Made by a program: the position numbers and the translations under genes. The notes beneath the pieces are model-generated. The model was given only the letters and a program-made list of their open reading frames with translations, made no database searches and had not been told where the DNA came from. A stretch of DNA of 64,000 nt from Candidatus Hydrogenedentota bacterium (GTDB lineage Bacteria; Hydrogenedentota; Hydrogenedentia; Hydrogenedentales; CAITNO01), in assembly GCA_029776995.1 (NCBI GenBank), contig JAKOTZ010000017.1, positions 27,341 to 91,340 on the forward strand, read 5' to 3'. This document shows, piece by piece, positions 54,817-63,805 of the stretch (its first letter is position 1; each line of letters begins with the position of its first letter).

Positions 54817-55935
54817 ATGGTTAAGGTTATTATGGGCAATATATTTGAATCCCGGGCGCAAACCCTGATCAACACAGTGAACTGCGTTGGAGTTATGGGG
54901 AAAGGTGTGGCCCTGGAATTTAAAAAGCGCTTTCCCGAAATGTTTGAAGATTACGTCCGGCGGTGCGAGGCCAAGCAGGTCCATCTCGGTCGTCCCTACC
55001 TTTTCAAGCAGATGTTTCCGCCCTGGATTCTCAACTTTCCGACTAAAGACCATTGGCGGTCTGTTGCGCGCCTTCAGGATATCGAGGAGGGATTGCGTTA
55101 CCTCCAGCAACACTATACGGAGTGGGGCATCACCTCTCTGGCTGTACCACCCCTGGGGTGTGGTCATGGCCAACTCGAATGGCGTGTGGTCGGACCGACT
55201 TTGTACAGGCTCCTGATGGATTTCAATATTCCAGTTGAGCTTTATGCGCCGTTCGGCACGCCCCATGAGGAACTCCAGCTTTCATTTCTGGACAAGTCAC
55301 AAGCAGCGGAATCTCAGAAAGCGGCTCCATATAACATTGATCCCGCATGGGTAGCCGTTGTGGAAGTGCTCAAACGCATCGAGGAGGAGCCGTTTCATAG
55401 GCCTGTCGGAAGAACGACATTTCAGAAGATCGTCTATTTTGTAAACGAATGCGGTATTCCAACCGGCTTGACATACCAGAAGGGAAGCTACGGTCCTTAC
55501 GCACCTGCCCTAAAGGAGCTACTCACCGCCCTGGTGAACAACGGCCTTGTGCACGAGAAGAAACTTGGGCGCATGTTTGCCATCCAGGTCGGTCACACCT
55601 TTCCCGACGCCCAAAAAGCTTATGAACAACAGATTAAGGAGTGGGATCCGATCATCAACAAAGTTGCCGATCTTTTTATGCGGGTGAATACCCAGCAGGC
55701 CGAGGTCGCCGCAACGGTGTATTTTGCCGCCCAAGAGGCAAAGACCAGATCGGAAGAGATGCCCACGGAGAAAGATGTCCTCGATGCCGTCATGAAGTGG
55801 AAGCAAAAGCGCAGACCGCCTCTGAACGAAAAAAATGTCGCTCTGACAGTGCGCAACCTGAACATGTTGAGCTGGCTCGGGGTCAAGGTAAGCGACGAGT
55901 TACCCATCACCGAAGAGGATGTCCTGCATGTCTGA
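54817..55935 (+). CDS. darG: DarG-family macrodomain antitoxin (ADP-ribosyl-DNA glycohydrolase).
   Basis: GAAGAAAGG Shine-Dalgarno. N-terminal TARG1/DarG-type macrodomain (NTVNCVGVMGKGVALEFKKRFP...PPLGCGHG). A C-terminal ~200-aa domain. Confidence 0.85.
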   Translation: MVKVIMGNIFESRAQTLINTVNCVGVMGKGVALEFKKRFPEMFEDYVRRCEAKQVHLGRPYLFKQMFPPWILNFPTKDHWRSVARLQDIEEGLRYLQQHYTEWGITSLAVPPLGCGHGQLEWRVVGPTLYRLLMDFNIPVELYAPFGTPHEELQLSFLDKSQAAESQKAAPYNIDPAWVAVVEVLKRIEEEPFHRPVGRTTFQKIVYFVNECGIPTGLTYQKGSYGPYAPALKELLTALVNNGLVHEKKLGRMFAIQVGHTFPDAQKAYEQQIKEWDPIINKVADLFMRVNTQQAEVAATVYFAAQEAKTRSEEMPTEKDVLDAVMKWKQKRRPPLNEKNVALTVRNLNMLSWLGVKVSDELPITEEDVLHV

Positions 55936-58900
55936 TGACCGCAGGCTTATAGAAGATTTCCTGCCCATCCAGGCCATCAGCGCGGAGGCATCGCGGGAGA
56001 AGTCTATCCGAAAAGGGAACATCTCGACGCTTCACCGCTGGTGGGCGCGGCGGCCGCTGGTGGCCTGCCGCGCCGCCGTGTATGGCGCGCTGGTCCCGGC
56101 GTCGCGGTTCGTGTCGGAGAATGGCCCGGACAACAAAAAGCAAAGCCTGGGCAGGGCCAATGCGGCCAGGTTCATCGAGCGGCTCTGCAAGTATCCGGGC
56201 AATCCGACCGTCATCAAGGAAGCCCAAAGGCACATTCTCGAAGCTCACGCTGAAAGGTTGACTGAAGCGGCCGGCAGGAAGGTCACCGCCGAGGACATCG
56301 AAGCAGGCCGCGCCCCCCGCCCCAGGGTGCTCGACATGTTCGCCGGCGGAGGGTCCATTCCGCTGGAAGCGCTGCGGCTGGGGTGCGAGGCCTACGCCCT
56401 CGACCTTAACCCCGTGGCCCACATCATTGAACTGTGCACGTTGGTGTATCCCCAAAAATACGGCAATCCGGATCCCGGCGCCCGCGGGATGGCCGGCCCC
56501 CAGAATGCAAAGGGCGAAACCACCTGGGGCGGCCTGGCCGACGAGGTCCGCTACTGGGGCGAATGGGTGCTCAGGAAGGTCAAGGCCGAGATCGGCGACC
56601 TTTACCCGCTCATTCCCGATCCCGAATACAAGGGGGAAAGACCTCCGGTTCAAGCCGAAATGTGGCAGTCCTCTGAAAGGGAAACGGTACCGCCGGGGTA
56701 CCTTGTGCCTGTTGCCTATCTCTGGACGCGGACTGTCCGCTGCAAGAACCCGACGTGCGGAGCCACGGTGCCGCTTGTGCGGCAGACCTGGCTCTGCAAA
56801 AAGAAGGGCCGCTATGTGGCCCTTCGGATGGTTGCGCCCAACGGGGAAAAGTCGGCGCGTTTCGAAGTGGCGGAAAGCAGCGTCGAACAGGGGCTGGGCT
56901 TCGATCCGGCGGGCTTTTCCAAGGGCGGCAACGCCACCTGCCCGTTTTGCGGGACCGTGGCGGACAGCGATTATGTGAAGGCCGAAGGATGCGCCAAACG
57001 CATGGGTCAGCAGCTGATGGCTGTGGTCTGCATCCGGCCGGGCAAAAAAGGAAAGGTCTATCTATCCGCCGAAGAGGCTACCAGCCTGCTCAAAAGCACA
57101 GGTAAGATGCCTGTGCCGCCGGAAGAGGAGATAAAACAGCGCATCGAAGCACTCTGCCAGAGAACAGGACTGACCGTGCCGGCGGAGATGTTGCCCCGGA
57201 GATCAAACAACCCGGATGATTTTCGGGGCACGCTGGGTATGGGCGTGCAGCCCTATGGTATTACCACCTTTTGCGATCTCTTCACGCCCCGCCAGCTACT
57301 CTGCCTGCTAACCTTCACTGCAGCGGTAAGAGAAGCAGGAGTCCAGATGTACCGTTTGTACGGTAACCGATTGAATAGCCAAGACAACAGCTATTCCTCA
57401 GTAAGCGCTTTAAATGATCAGGTCAAAGCCGTGCTGACTTACTTGGGTACTGCGGTAAATCGGATGGCAGACTTCAATTCTTCATTATGCGTTCACAATT
57501 ACTTTGGTAGTAGCAGAATTGCGCACACATTCAGGCGACATGCACTCCAGATGGTATGGGACTTTGTGGAGGCAAATCCTTTCAACTATGGTAGTGGAGG
57601 TTGGGGGATTAACAATATCGTGGAGGTTCTGGAATCGCCTGATACGATCACCTATACCGCAGCAATGGTTACCCGCGGCTCCGCCGCAGCCCTTCCGTGG
57701 TCTGATGGTTTATTCGATGCTATCATTACGGACCCTCCCTACTACGACAACGTACCCTATGCCGAAATTTCTAACTTCTTTTACATTTGGCTTAAGCGCT
57801 CAGTGGGTCACCTTTATCCCGAACATTTCGCCAACGACGGCCCTCCCAAGAAACAAGAGGCTATTGCCGATGCGGTTCGTCATGGTGGCAACAAAAAAAA
57901 GGCACGGCAAGTGTACGAGCAAATGATGGCTCAGTCCTTCGCTGAGGCGAACCGGGTGCTGAAGCCAGGCGGCCAAATGGTGGTGGTCTATGCGCATAAA
58001 ACCACCTTGGGATGGTCAACCCTTGTGGGTGCACTTCAGCAGGCGGGCTTTGTTGTAATGGAAGCATGGCCTCTCGATACGGAAAAACCCGGTCGCCTTC
58101 GGGCTCAGAATGCAGCCGCCCTTGCCTCCAGCATCTTTTTAGTTGCACGTAAGCGTGCGGGGACGCAGACCGGCTCCTATGAAGAAGAAGTACGCCCTGC
58201 ACTGGATCGGATTGTCCGCGAACGGGTGGACTCCTTCTGGAAGATGGGCATCACGGGTGCCGATCTTGTCATTGCTGCCGTGGGCGCGGGCCTTCGGGCC
58301 TATACCCGATTTGCGCGGGTGGAGTACGCCAACGGCGAAGAAGTCCCGGCGGAGAAATTTCTGGCCGAGGTGGAAGGCGTTGTACTGGAGACGCTTCTGG
58401 AGAAGATCTTCGGGGTAACCGGAAGCGGCGTGGCAGCGGTGGACGGCCCGAGCCGGTTTTATCTGCTCTGGCGCCACACCTACGGCGCGGATGAAATGGA
58501 TGCCGGCGAAGCCATCGTCTTTACCTACGGACAGAACGTGGAGCTGGACGGGCCAAACGGCCTATCTTCCGGAAGCTGCGCCATGGTTGAGAAAAAGAAA
58601 GGAAAATACCGGCTGCGCGATTTTTCCGAACGGGGCAGTGACGCCAGGCTGGGCATGCCAGGACATACCGGCAGGCCGGCCCCGCTGATGGATATCCTGC
58701 ACCGCATCCTGTGGCTCATGGAAAACGAGCCCCGCAAACTCAACGACTTTCTCGACGAGGTACGGCCGGATCGGGAACGGCTGCGCCTGGTAGCCCAGGT
58801 TCTGGCCGGAACAGCGCTGGAGGGCGCGGAGGCTGGAAGCCAGCCTCACCCCAATATGATTACCACTCCCGCGGAAGGCGCGGCCCTGAAGAAACTTGTC

Positions 58901-58960
58901 GCCAACTGGGGGACGCTGATCGACCAGCGGCTGGCCGCCAGAGAAGGGCGCCTGTTTTAA
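55919..58960 (+). CDS. DUF1156-family DNA methyltransferase with a Zn-ribbon (COG1743-like).
   Basis: N-terminal DUF1156 block (IEDFLPIQAISAEASREKSIRKGNISTLHRWWARRPL). Motif I-like DMFAGGGSIPLEA. A Zn-ribbon (CKNPTCG...CPFCG). Motif IV ITDPPYYDNVPY. It overlaps the darG stop by 17 nt. Confidence 0.85.
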   Translation: MSCMSDDRRLIEDFLPIQAISAEASREKSIRKGNISTLHRWWARRPLVACRAAVYGALVPASRFVSENGPDNKKQSLGRANAARFIERLCKYPGNPTVIKEAQRHILEAHAERLTEAAGRKVTAEDIEAGRAPRPRVLDMFAGGGSIPLEALRLGCEAYALDLNPVAHIIELCTLVYPQKYGNPDPGARGMAGPQNAKGETTWGGLADEVRYWGEWVLRKVKAEIGDLYPLIPDPEYKGERPPVQAEMWQSSERETVPPGYLVPVAYLWTRTVRCKNPTCGATVPLVRQTWLCKKKGRYVALRMVAPNGEKSARFEVAESSVEQGLGFDPAGFSKGGNATCPFCGTVADSDYVKAEGCAKRMGQQLMAVVCIRPGKKGKVYLSAEEATSLLKSTGKMPVPPEEEIKQRIEALCQRTGLTVPAEMLPRRSNNPDDFRGTLGMGVQPYGITTFCDLFTPRQLLCLLTFTAAVREAGVQMYRLYGNRLNSQDNSYSSVSALNDQVKAVLTYLGTAVNRMADFNSSLCVHNYFGSSRIAHTFRRHALQMVWDFVEANPFNYGSGGWGINNIVEVLESPDTITYTAAMVTRGSAAALPWSDGLFDAIITDPPYYDNVPYAEISNFFYIWLKRSVGHLYPEHFANDGPPKKQEAIADAVRHGGNKKKARQVYEQMMAQSFAEANRVLKPGGQMVVVYAHKTTLGWSTLVGALQQAGFVVMEAWPLDTEKPGRLRAQNAAALASSIFLVARKRAGTQTGSYEEEVRPALDRIVRERVDSFWKMGITGADLVIAAVGAGLRAYTRFARVEYANGEEVPAEKFLAEVEGVVLETLLEKIFGVTGSGVAAVDGPSRFYLLWRHTYGADEMDAGEAIVFTYGQNVELDGPNGLSSGSCAMVEKKKGKYRLRDFSERGSDARLGMPGHTGRPAPLMDILHRILWLMENEPRKLNDFLDEVRPDRERLRLVAQVLAGTALEGAEAGSQPHPNMITTPAEGAALKKLVANWGTLIDQRLAAREGRLF

Positions 58961-58985
58961 CGTATTGAGATTCGGAGGGCCTAAC

Positions 58986-61889
58986 GTGAGCACATATACG
59001 CTTCGTCCCTGGACCGACCTGGTTAAGCTCCATCCGGACGTGGAATCCGGCAGCCTGACCGAGGCGGTCTTCGCCATTGATCTCGGGGCCATCGCCGCCA
59101 ATGATCCCAACGTGCCCGTAGTCAACCGGGACCCGGAAGCCTTCTTTCGGGCAACCTACCTTACGGCCGATCTGCGAAAACTGCTGGAAGAAGTGCTGGC
59201 ATCCCTCTCCGGCAAATCCGGTTACAACCGGGTATTGAAACTCCGGGTGCCCTTCGGAGGCGGGAAATCACACACCCTGGCGGCGCTGTTCCATGCCGCG
59301 CGAAAGCGCGAGGCGCTGGAATGCATTCCCGAGGCGGAAACATTCGCCCGGCCCGGCAATGTGGCCGTAGCCGTCTTTGACGGCGAGAAATTCGATGCCC
59401 GTAACGGCAAGACGCTGGATGACGGCCACGCGATCCAGACCATGTGGGGCTGGATCGCCTGGCAGATCGATCCCGAAAAAGCTTTCCCCCTGGTGGCCGA
59501 CCACGACAGGGACCGCGTGGCTCCCGGCGGCGACGTAATCCGTGAACTGCTCACCAAAGGCGCTGGCGGCAGGCCGGTTCTAATTCTGCTCGACGAAGTG
59601 CTTAAGTATATGGAGCGGGCCGCCGCGGTTGGCGTCCTGGATTCCACCCTCCAGCGGCAGGCCAAAGATTTTTTCCAGAACCTTACCGTCGAGGTTGCCG
59701 GAAGCGAGAAAGCGGCGCTCGTCTATTCCCTCACCTGGAGCGCCAGGGAGGCCCTGGGCAATGTCGGGCTGCTTGCCGAGATCGATAAGCTTGCTTCCCG
59801 GGTGGACCAGCTCAGGGAACCGGTTTCAGGGGATGAAATTCTTCCGATCCTTCAGCGGCGCCTGTTGGAACGCAACCCGGATCCGTCTTATACCGCAGCG
59901 GTCGCCCACGCCTATCAGGAGGTGATTACCGGCATGCAGCGCGCCCATGCTGAAACGCTATCCGAACGTCTCCAGGCCGATGAGGAAGGATGTAAGTTTC
60001 GGGATCGGGTTCGCACTGCATATCCGTTCCATCCGGCGCTCATCGACATCATGCGGGAACGCTGGACAGCGGTGGACGCCTTCCAGCGGACGCGCGGCGC
60101 CCTGCGTTTTCTTGCCTCCTGTATGCATTCCATCAGGAAGAACGGCGGCGCCAAAGCGCTTCTTGGTCCCGGAGATGTGCCACTGCATGATGTCGACGTT
60201 CGGGTGAAGATGCTCAAAGAACTGGGGGTACAGCATGATTATGATCCGGTTATTACGGCAGACATCTGCGGCCCGAACGCCCGCGCAAAACGGATTGATG
60301 ACCGTATGGCGCGTGAAAACCCTGAGCTTGCCAGCGTGAAACCAGCCACCCGCATTGCCACGGCTATCCTTTTATATTCGTTTGGCGGGTTAAGGCGTGA
60401 AAGCCGGGACAGCGACGAAACACTCCCGCCCGGGGTAACAGAGAAAGATCTGCTGGAAGCCTGCATAGGACCTGACCTCGATAACATAACGGCTACAGCT
60501 GTGTTGGCAGAACTTCGCAATACCTGCCTCTATCTGCACTACGATGGCGTCCGGTACTGCTTCAAGAAAGACCCGAATGTCACCAAGCTGATTGAGGACG
60601 CGGAGCAGACCATTGCCCGTGAGGACGTTCAGGCGAGCGGGTACGGTTTGGTACGCGACAAAATCAAGGAAATGCTGTACGCCCGCCTGGCCGGCACGCA
60701 CACAGCTATCGTGTGGCCGGCGAAAAGCCAGGACATCCCGGACGAGGATCCGCATTTCCTGGTCGCCTACCTGCCCCTGGAGTTTGCCGCTGAAGAAAAA
60801 TCGGAACAGGAACGGCAAGCCAAGGCGTACCTGACGAAATACGGCGACCGTCCCAGGCGATTCCGTAACGGGTTGGGGCTTGCTATACCGGACAAGAAAC
60901 AAATCGAAGGGCTTCGGCGTGCCGTCCGGTATCTCCTGTCTATCGATCGCGTGGAAGCAAAGAAACAGCAGCACCGGCTCACAAAAGACCAGATTGACCA
61001 GCTTCGGGAACGGAAAAACACCGAACAGGCAGCCGCCGAAGCATGCTTCCGGGACCTTTACACCGCTGTGTGGCTGCCCCGGGTCCAGGATGGCGAGATT
61101 GAACTGGAGAAAGTGGAACGGGGGGGGCGGCCGCTTCAGGCGACGGGCGTTCACCAGCGCATCATGGAGCTACTGACCAGTGTGGGGACACCGCGGATTC
61201 ACGGCTTGGTTACGCCGCAGAAAATCGTCGAGCGGGTGGGGCTTGGTAAATGCCTGCGCAAGGGTGAACCGCCGCTCATGGGCATCAGGGTATCCGATGT
61301 GCTGGAATCCTTTTTTCGGGATATTGCGCCGCCCCGGTTGGAATCCGCATCTGTCCTGCGCAAGGGGATCGCTCGCGGCGTATCGGAAAGAGTCTTCGCC
61401 TACGTTAGCGGGGAAAACCCGGTTCTTGGACCTGACAGGAAATACCAGATAAATCTCGACAAAGTGGTATTTGGCAAGGCGATTCCCGAAGACGAAATTG
61501 ATTTTGACTCTGGCTTTCTCATGCTGCCCGAAGCCATTCCGGAAGTATCGCCCAATCCGCCACAAGGCGGTTCCCCCAGTGGTTCAGGTGAGGACCTCCC
61601 GAAAAGGGTTAATGACAACGGCAATGGAAACGGACCGGGAACTGGTTCAGGGTCAGGTACAGGCATGGCCGGTCAAAAGAAGCAGATCGCCCTGACATTT
61701 GAGGCAACCAAAGCGCAGGTATATAAATCATTCAACGCTATTGCAAACCTAGCCGAGAAATCCGATGGGGCCAGGATTCGTATCCGAGTTGAGGGTACGT
61801 CATCTTCCGGCTTCGATCCGTCCTGGCTGCGAAATGCCGTGTATGAACCCTTGGACGAGGCCGATATCAAATGGACCGATGAGGCTTGA
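58986..61889 (+). CDS. DUF499-family (BrxC-like) P-loop ATPase.
   Basis: GGAGGG Shine-Dalgarno then GTG at 58986. Walker A PFGGGKSHT. Walker B ILLDEV. A Gly/Asn-rich linker (NDNGNGNGPGTGSGSGTG) precedes an ~80-aa C-terminal domain. Confidence 0.8.
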   Translation: MSTYTLRPWTDLVKLHPDVESGSLTEAVFAIDLGAIAANDPNVPVVNRDPEAFFRATYLTADLRKLLEEVLASLSGKSGYNRVLKLRVPFGGGKSHTLAALFHAARKREALECIPEAETFARPGNVAVAVFDGEKFDARNGKTLDDGHAIQTMWGWIAWQIDPEKAFPLVADHDRDRVAPGGDVIRELLTKGAGGRPVLILLDEVLKYMERAAAVGVLDSTLQRQAKDFFQNLTVEVAGSEKAALVYSLTWSAREALGNVGLLAEIDKLASRVDQLREPVSGDEILPILQRRLLERNPDPSYTAAVAHAYQEVITGMQRAHAETLSERLQADEEGCKFRDRVRTAYPFHPALIDIMRERWTAVDAFQRTRGALRFLASCMHSIRKNGGAKALLGPGDVPLHDVDVRVKMLKELGVQHDYDPVITADICGPNARAKRIDDRMARENPELASVKPATRIATAILLYSFGGLRRESRDSDETLPPGVTEKDLLEACIGPDLDNITATAVLAELRNTCLYLHYDGVRYCFKKDPNVTKLIEDAEQTIAREDVQASGYGLVRDKIKEMLYARLAGTHTAIVWPAKSQDIPDEDPHFLVAYLPLEFAAEEKSEQERQAKAYLTKYGDRPRRFRNGLGLAIPDKKQIEGLRRAVRYLLSIDRVEAKKQQHRLTKDQIDQLRERKNTEQAAAEACFRDLYTAVWLPRVQDGEIELEKVERGGRPLQATGVHQRIMELLTSVGTPRIHGLVTPQKIVERVGLGKCLRKGEPPLMGIRVSDVLESFFRDIAPPRLESASVLRKGIARGVSERVFAYVSGENPVLGPDRKYQINLDKVVFGKAIPEDEIDFDSGFLMLPEAIPEVSPNPPQGGSPSGSGEDLPKRVNDNGNGNGPGTGSGSGTGMAGQKKQIALTFEATKAQVYKSFNAIANLAEKSDGARIRIRVEGTSSSGFDPSWLRNAVYEPLDEADIKWTDEA

Positions 61890-62105
61890 AAAACCTAGCG
61901 GCTGTCGCTTTGAAGAATATACCCAAACGCCGGAGTCAGCCATTAACTGAATTAAAATTATATTAGTATAATCGTAATACTAAATAAAAAAGAAATCTGT
62001 GTTTGTGTAAATGGCCCATTAGTGCAGTTAAATAAATCTAACACCACCAACCAGCATCCAGGGAGGCTGCATACCCTTGCGGGGGCGTGGTACACTGAAT
62101 GGCCT

Positions 62106-63014
62106 ATGGACGTGTGTGTGTGCGTGGAAAACCTCCGCAAGCGGTACGGGAAGACCGAGGCGCTGCGGGGGATCAGTTTCGAGGTCCGGCGGCATGAGAT
62201 CCTGGGCCTGCTGGGACCGAACGGCGCGGGGAAAAGCACCACCCTCGGAATCCTGTGCGGGCTGGTGCGCCCCACCGCCGGGCGGGTAACCGTCTTCGGC
62301 ATGGACCTGGCACGGCACCGCCTGGCCGCGCTGGAAAAAATCGGGGCGCTGCTGGAACGGCCGGCGTTTCCGCCGCGCCTGACGGTGCGGCGGCTGGCGC
62401 GGCTGCACGCCCGCCTGAAAGGGCTGCCCTATGAAGCGGCGGAACAGGCGCTGCACCGGGTGGGGCTCTCGGACTGGGCGTCGGTGGCCGCGGGGCGGCT
62501 GTCGCTGGGGCTGCGCCAGCGGCTGGGCCTGGCGCTGGCCATCCTGGGCGAGCCGGAACTGCTGATCCTGGATGAGCCCACCCTGGGCATGGACGTGGAA
62601 TCCGCCGGCCAGGCGCTGGATTTCCTGCGGCAGCTCGCCCGGGAAGGCGGCGCCACGATCCTGTTTTCCAGCCACCGGATGGGCGAGGTGGAACGGCTGT
62701 GCGACCGGGTGGCCATCATCCGGGAAGGTGAAATCGTGTCCGTGGCGGACACGGCGGGCCTGCTGGCCTGGAACCTGGGGGAACTGGAAATTTTTGTGGA
62801 CCGGCCAGAGGAGGCGCTGTCCCTGATCCGGTCGCTCCCGGAAACGGCGGAAGCGGAACTGGAGCCCTCCGGCATGGTCCGCGTCCGGCTGAAGGAATCC
62901 GGCGCGTCCCACGCGGTCACGCGCCGGCTGGTGGAAGCGGGCTTTCAGGTCCGGGCGGTCATTCCCGCGCGCCGGACGCTGGAACTCCATTTCAGGGAGG
63001 TGACGGGATCATGA
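62106..63014 (+). CDS. ABC transporter ATP-binding protein.
   Basis: Walker A GPNGAGKST, signature LSLGLRQRL, Walker B LILDEPT. GC content is about 72%. Confidence 0.85.
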   Translation: MDVCVCVENLRKRYGKTEALRGISFEVRRHEILGLLGPNGAGKSTTLGILCGLVRPTAGRVTVFGMDLARHRLAALEKIGALLERPAFPPRLTVRRLARLHARLKGLPYEAAEQALHRVGLSDWASVAAGRLSLGLRQRLGLALAILGEPELLILDEPTLGMDVESAGQALDFLRQLAREGGATILFSSHRMGEVERLCDRVAIIREGEIVSVADTAGLLAWNLGELEIFVDRPEEALSLIRSLPETAEAELEPSGMVRVRLKESGASHAVTRRLVEAGFQVRAVIPARRTLELHFREVTGS

Positions 63015-63805
63015 TGGTTTCGCGGTTTCGCCGGGCCTGGGCCGTGGAAACGGCGCGCCTGGTCCGCAGCGGTTTCGCCTGGGCCGTAACCGTAACGCCC
63101 GCGCTGATGTCGGGCGCCGTGCTGCTGGCGCGCCCGCTGGCCCGGGACGGCCGGGGCGATTATGATTTCATCGCGGCGGCCATGACCGCGGGGGTGTGCA
63201 CGCCGGGGTTTGTGCTGCTGCTGGCCTGGAGCGCGGTATGGACGGCGTCAGACCTTGCGGACGGCACGGCCCGGGGGCTGCTGGTCCGGCCCATCCGGCG
63301 GGTGGATTACCTGCTGGCGAAGTATGCCGGGCTGGCGGCGCTGGGGACGGTGATGTCCGGCCTGGCGCTGGGGGTGTCCTGGCTGCTGCTGTGGCTGCTG
63401 GGGGACACGACCGGGGTGGCGTACGGCGGCGAAGTGTTATTTACGTCGGACCGGATGGTGGCGGGCGGCGCGCAGGCGTTCGCGGCAACGCTGTTCGCGC
63501 TGTGGGCGGGCAGCGCGGGTGCGGTGCTGGCGGGCATGGCGACCCGCCATCCGGGTCCCGCCGCGGTGGTGACGTTGGGGGCCTGGCTTGTCGCGGAGCT
63601 GGTGAAATATCCGCTGGGGATTGAGTCCTGGGTTTTCACGACGTATCTGGAGCGCTCCTGGCAGGGGTTTGGAGACCTGTGCCGGGGCTATGAGGCGGAC
63701 ATGGCGGGCATAGTGGCCGAAGCGGCGGCGGCCGCGTTTCCCGTGATCATCGGCTGCCTTGTGGCGTCGGCGCTGCTGTTCCGGCGGAGGGACCTGACGC
63801 CGTGA
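63011..63805 (+). CDS. ABC-2-type transporter permease.
   Basis: The ATGA overlap with the upstream ATPase gene. About six hydrophobic segments. Confidence 0.55.
   Translation: MMVSRFRRAWAVETARLVRSGFAWAVTVTPALMSGAVLLARPLARDGRGDYDFIAAAMTAGVCTPGFVLLLAWSAVWTASDLADGTARGLLVRPIRRVDYLLAKYAGLAALGTVMSGLALGVSWLLLWLLGDTTGVAYGGEVLFTSDRMVAGGAQAFAATLFALWAGSAGAVLAGMATRHPGPAAVVTLGAWLVAELVKYPLGIESWVFTTYLERSWQGFGDLCRGYEADMAGIVAEAAAAAFPVIIGCLVASALLFRRRDLTP

Noticed and set aside
58965-58985. The TTG start proposed for the DUF499 ATPase.
   Set aside because: A GGAGGG Shine-Dalgarno at 58973-58978 is correctly spaced for the GTG at 58986. The TTG has no ribosome-binding site and would be only 5 nt from the methylase stop.
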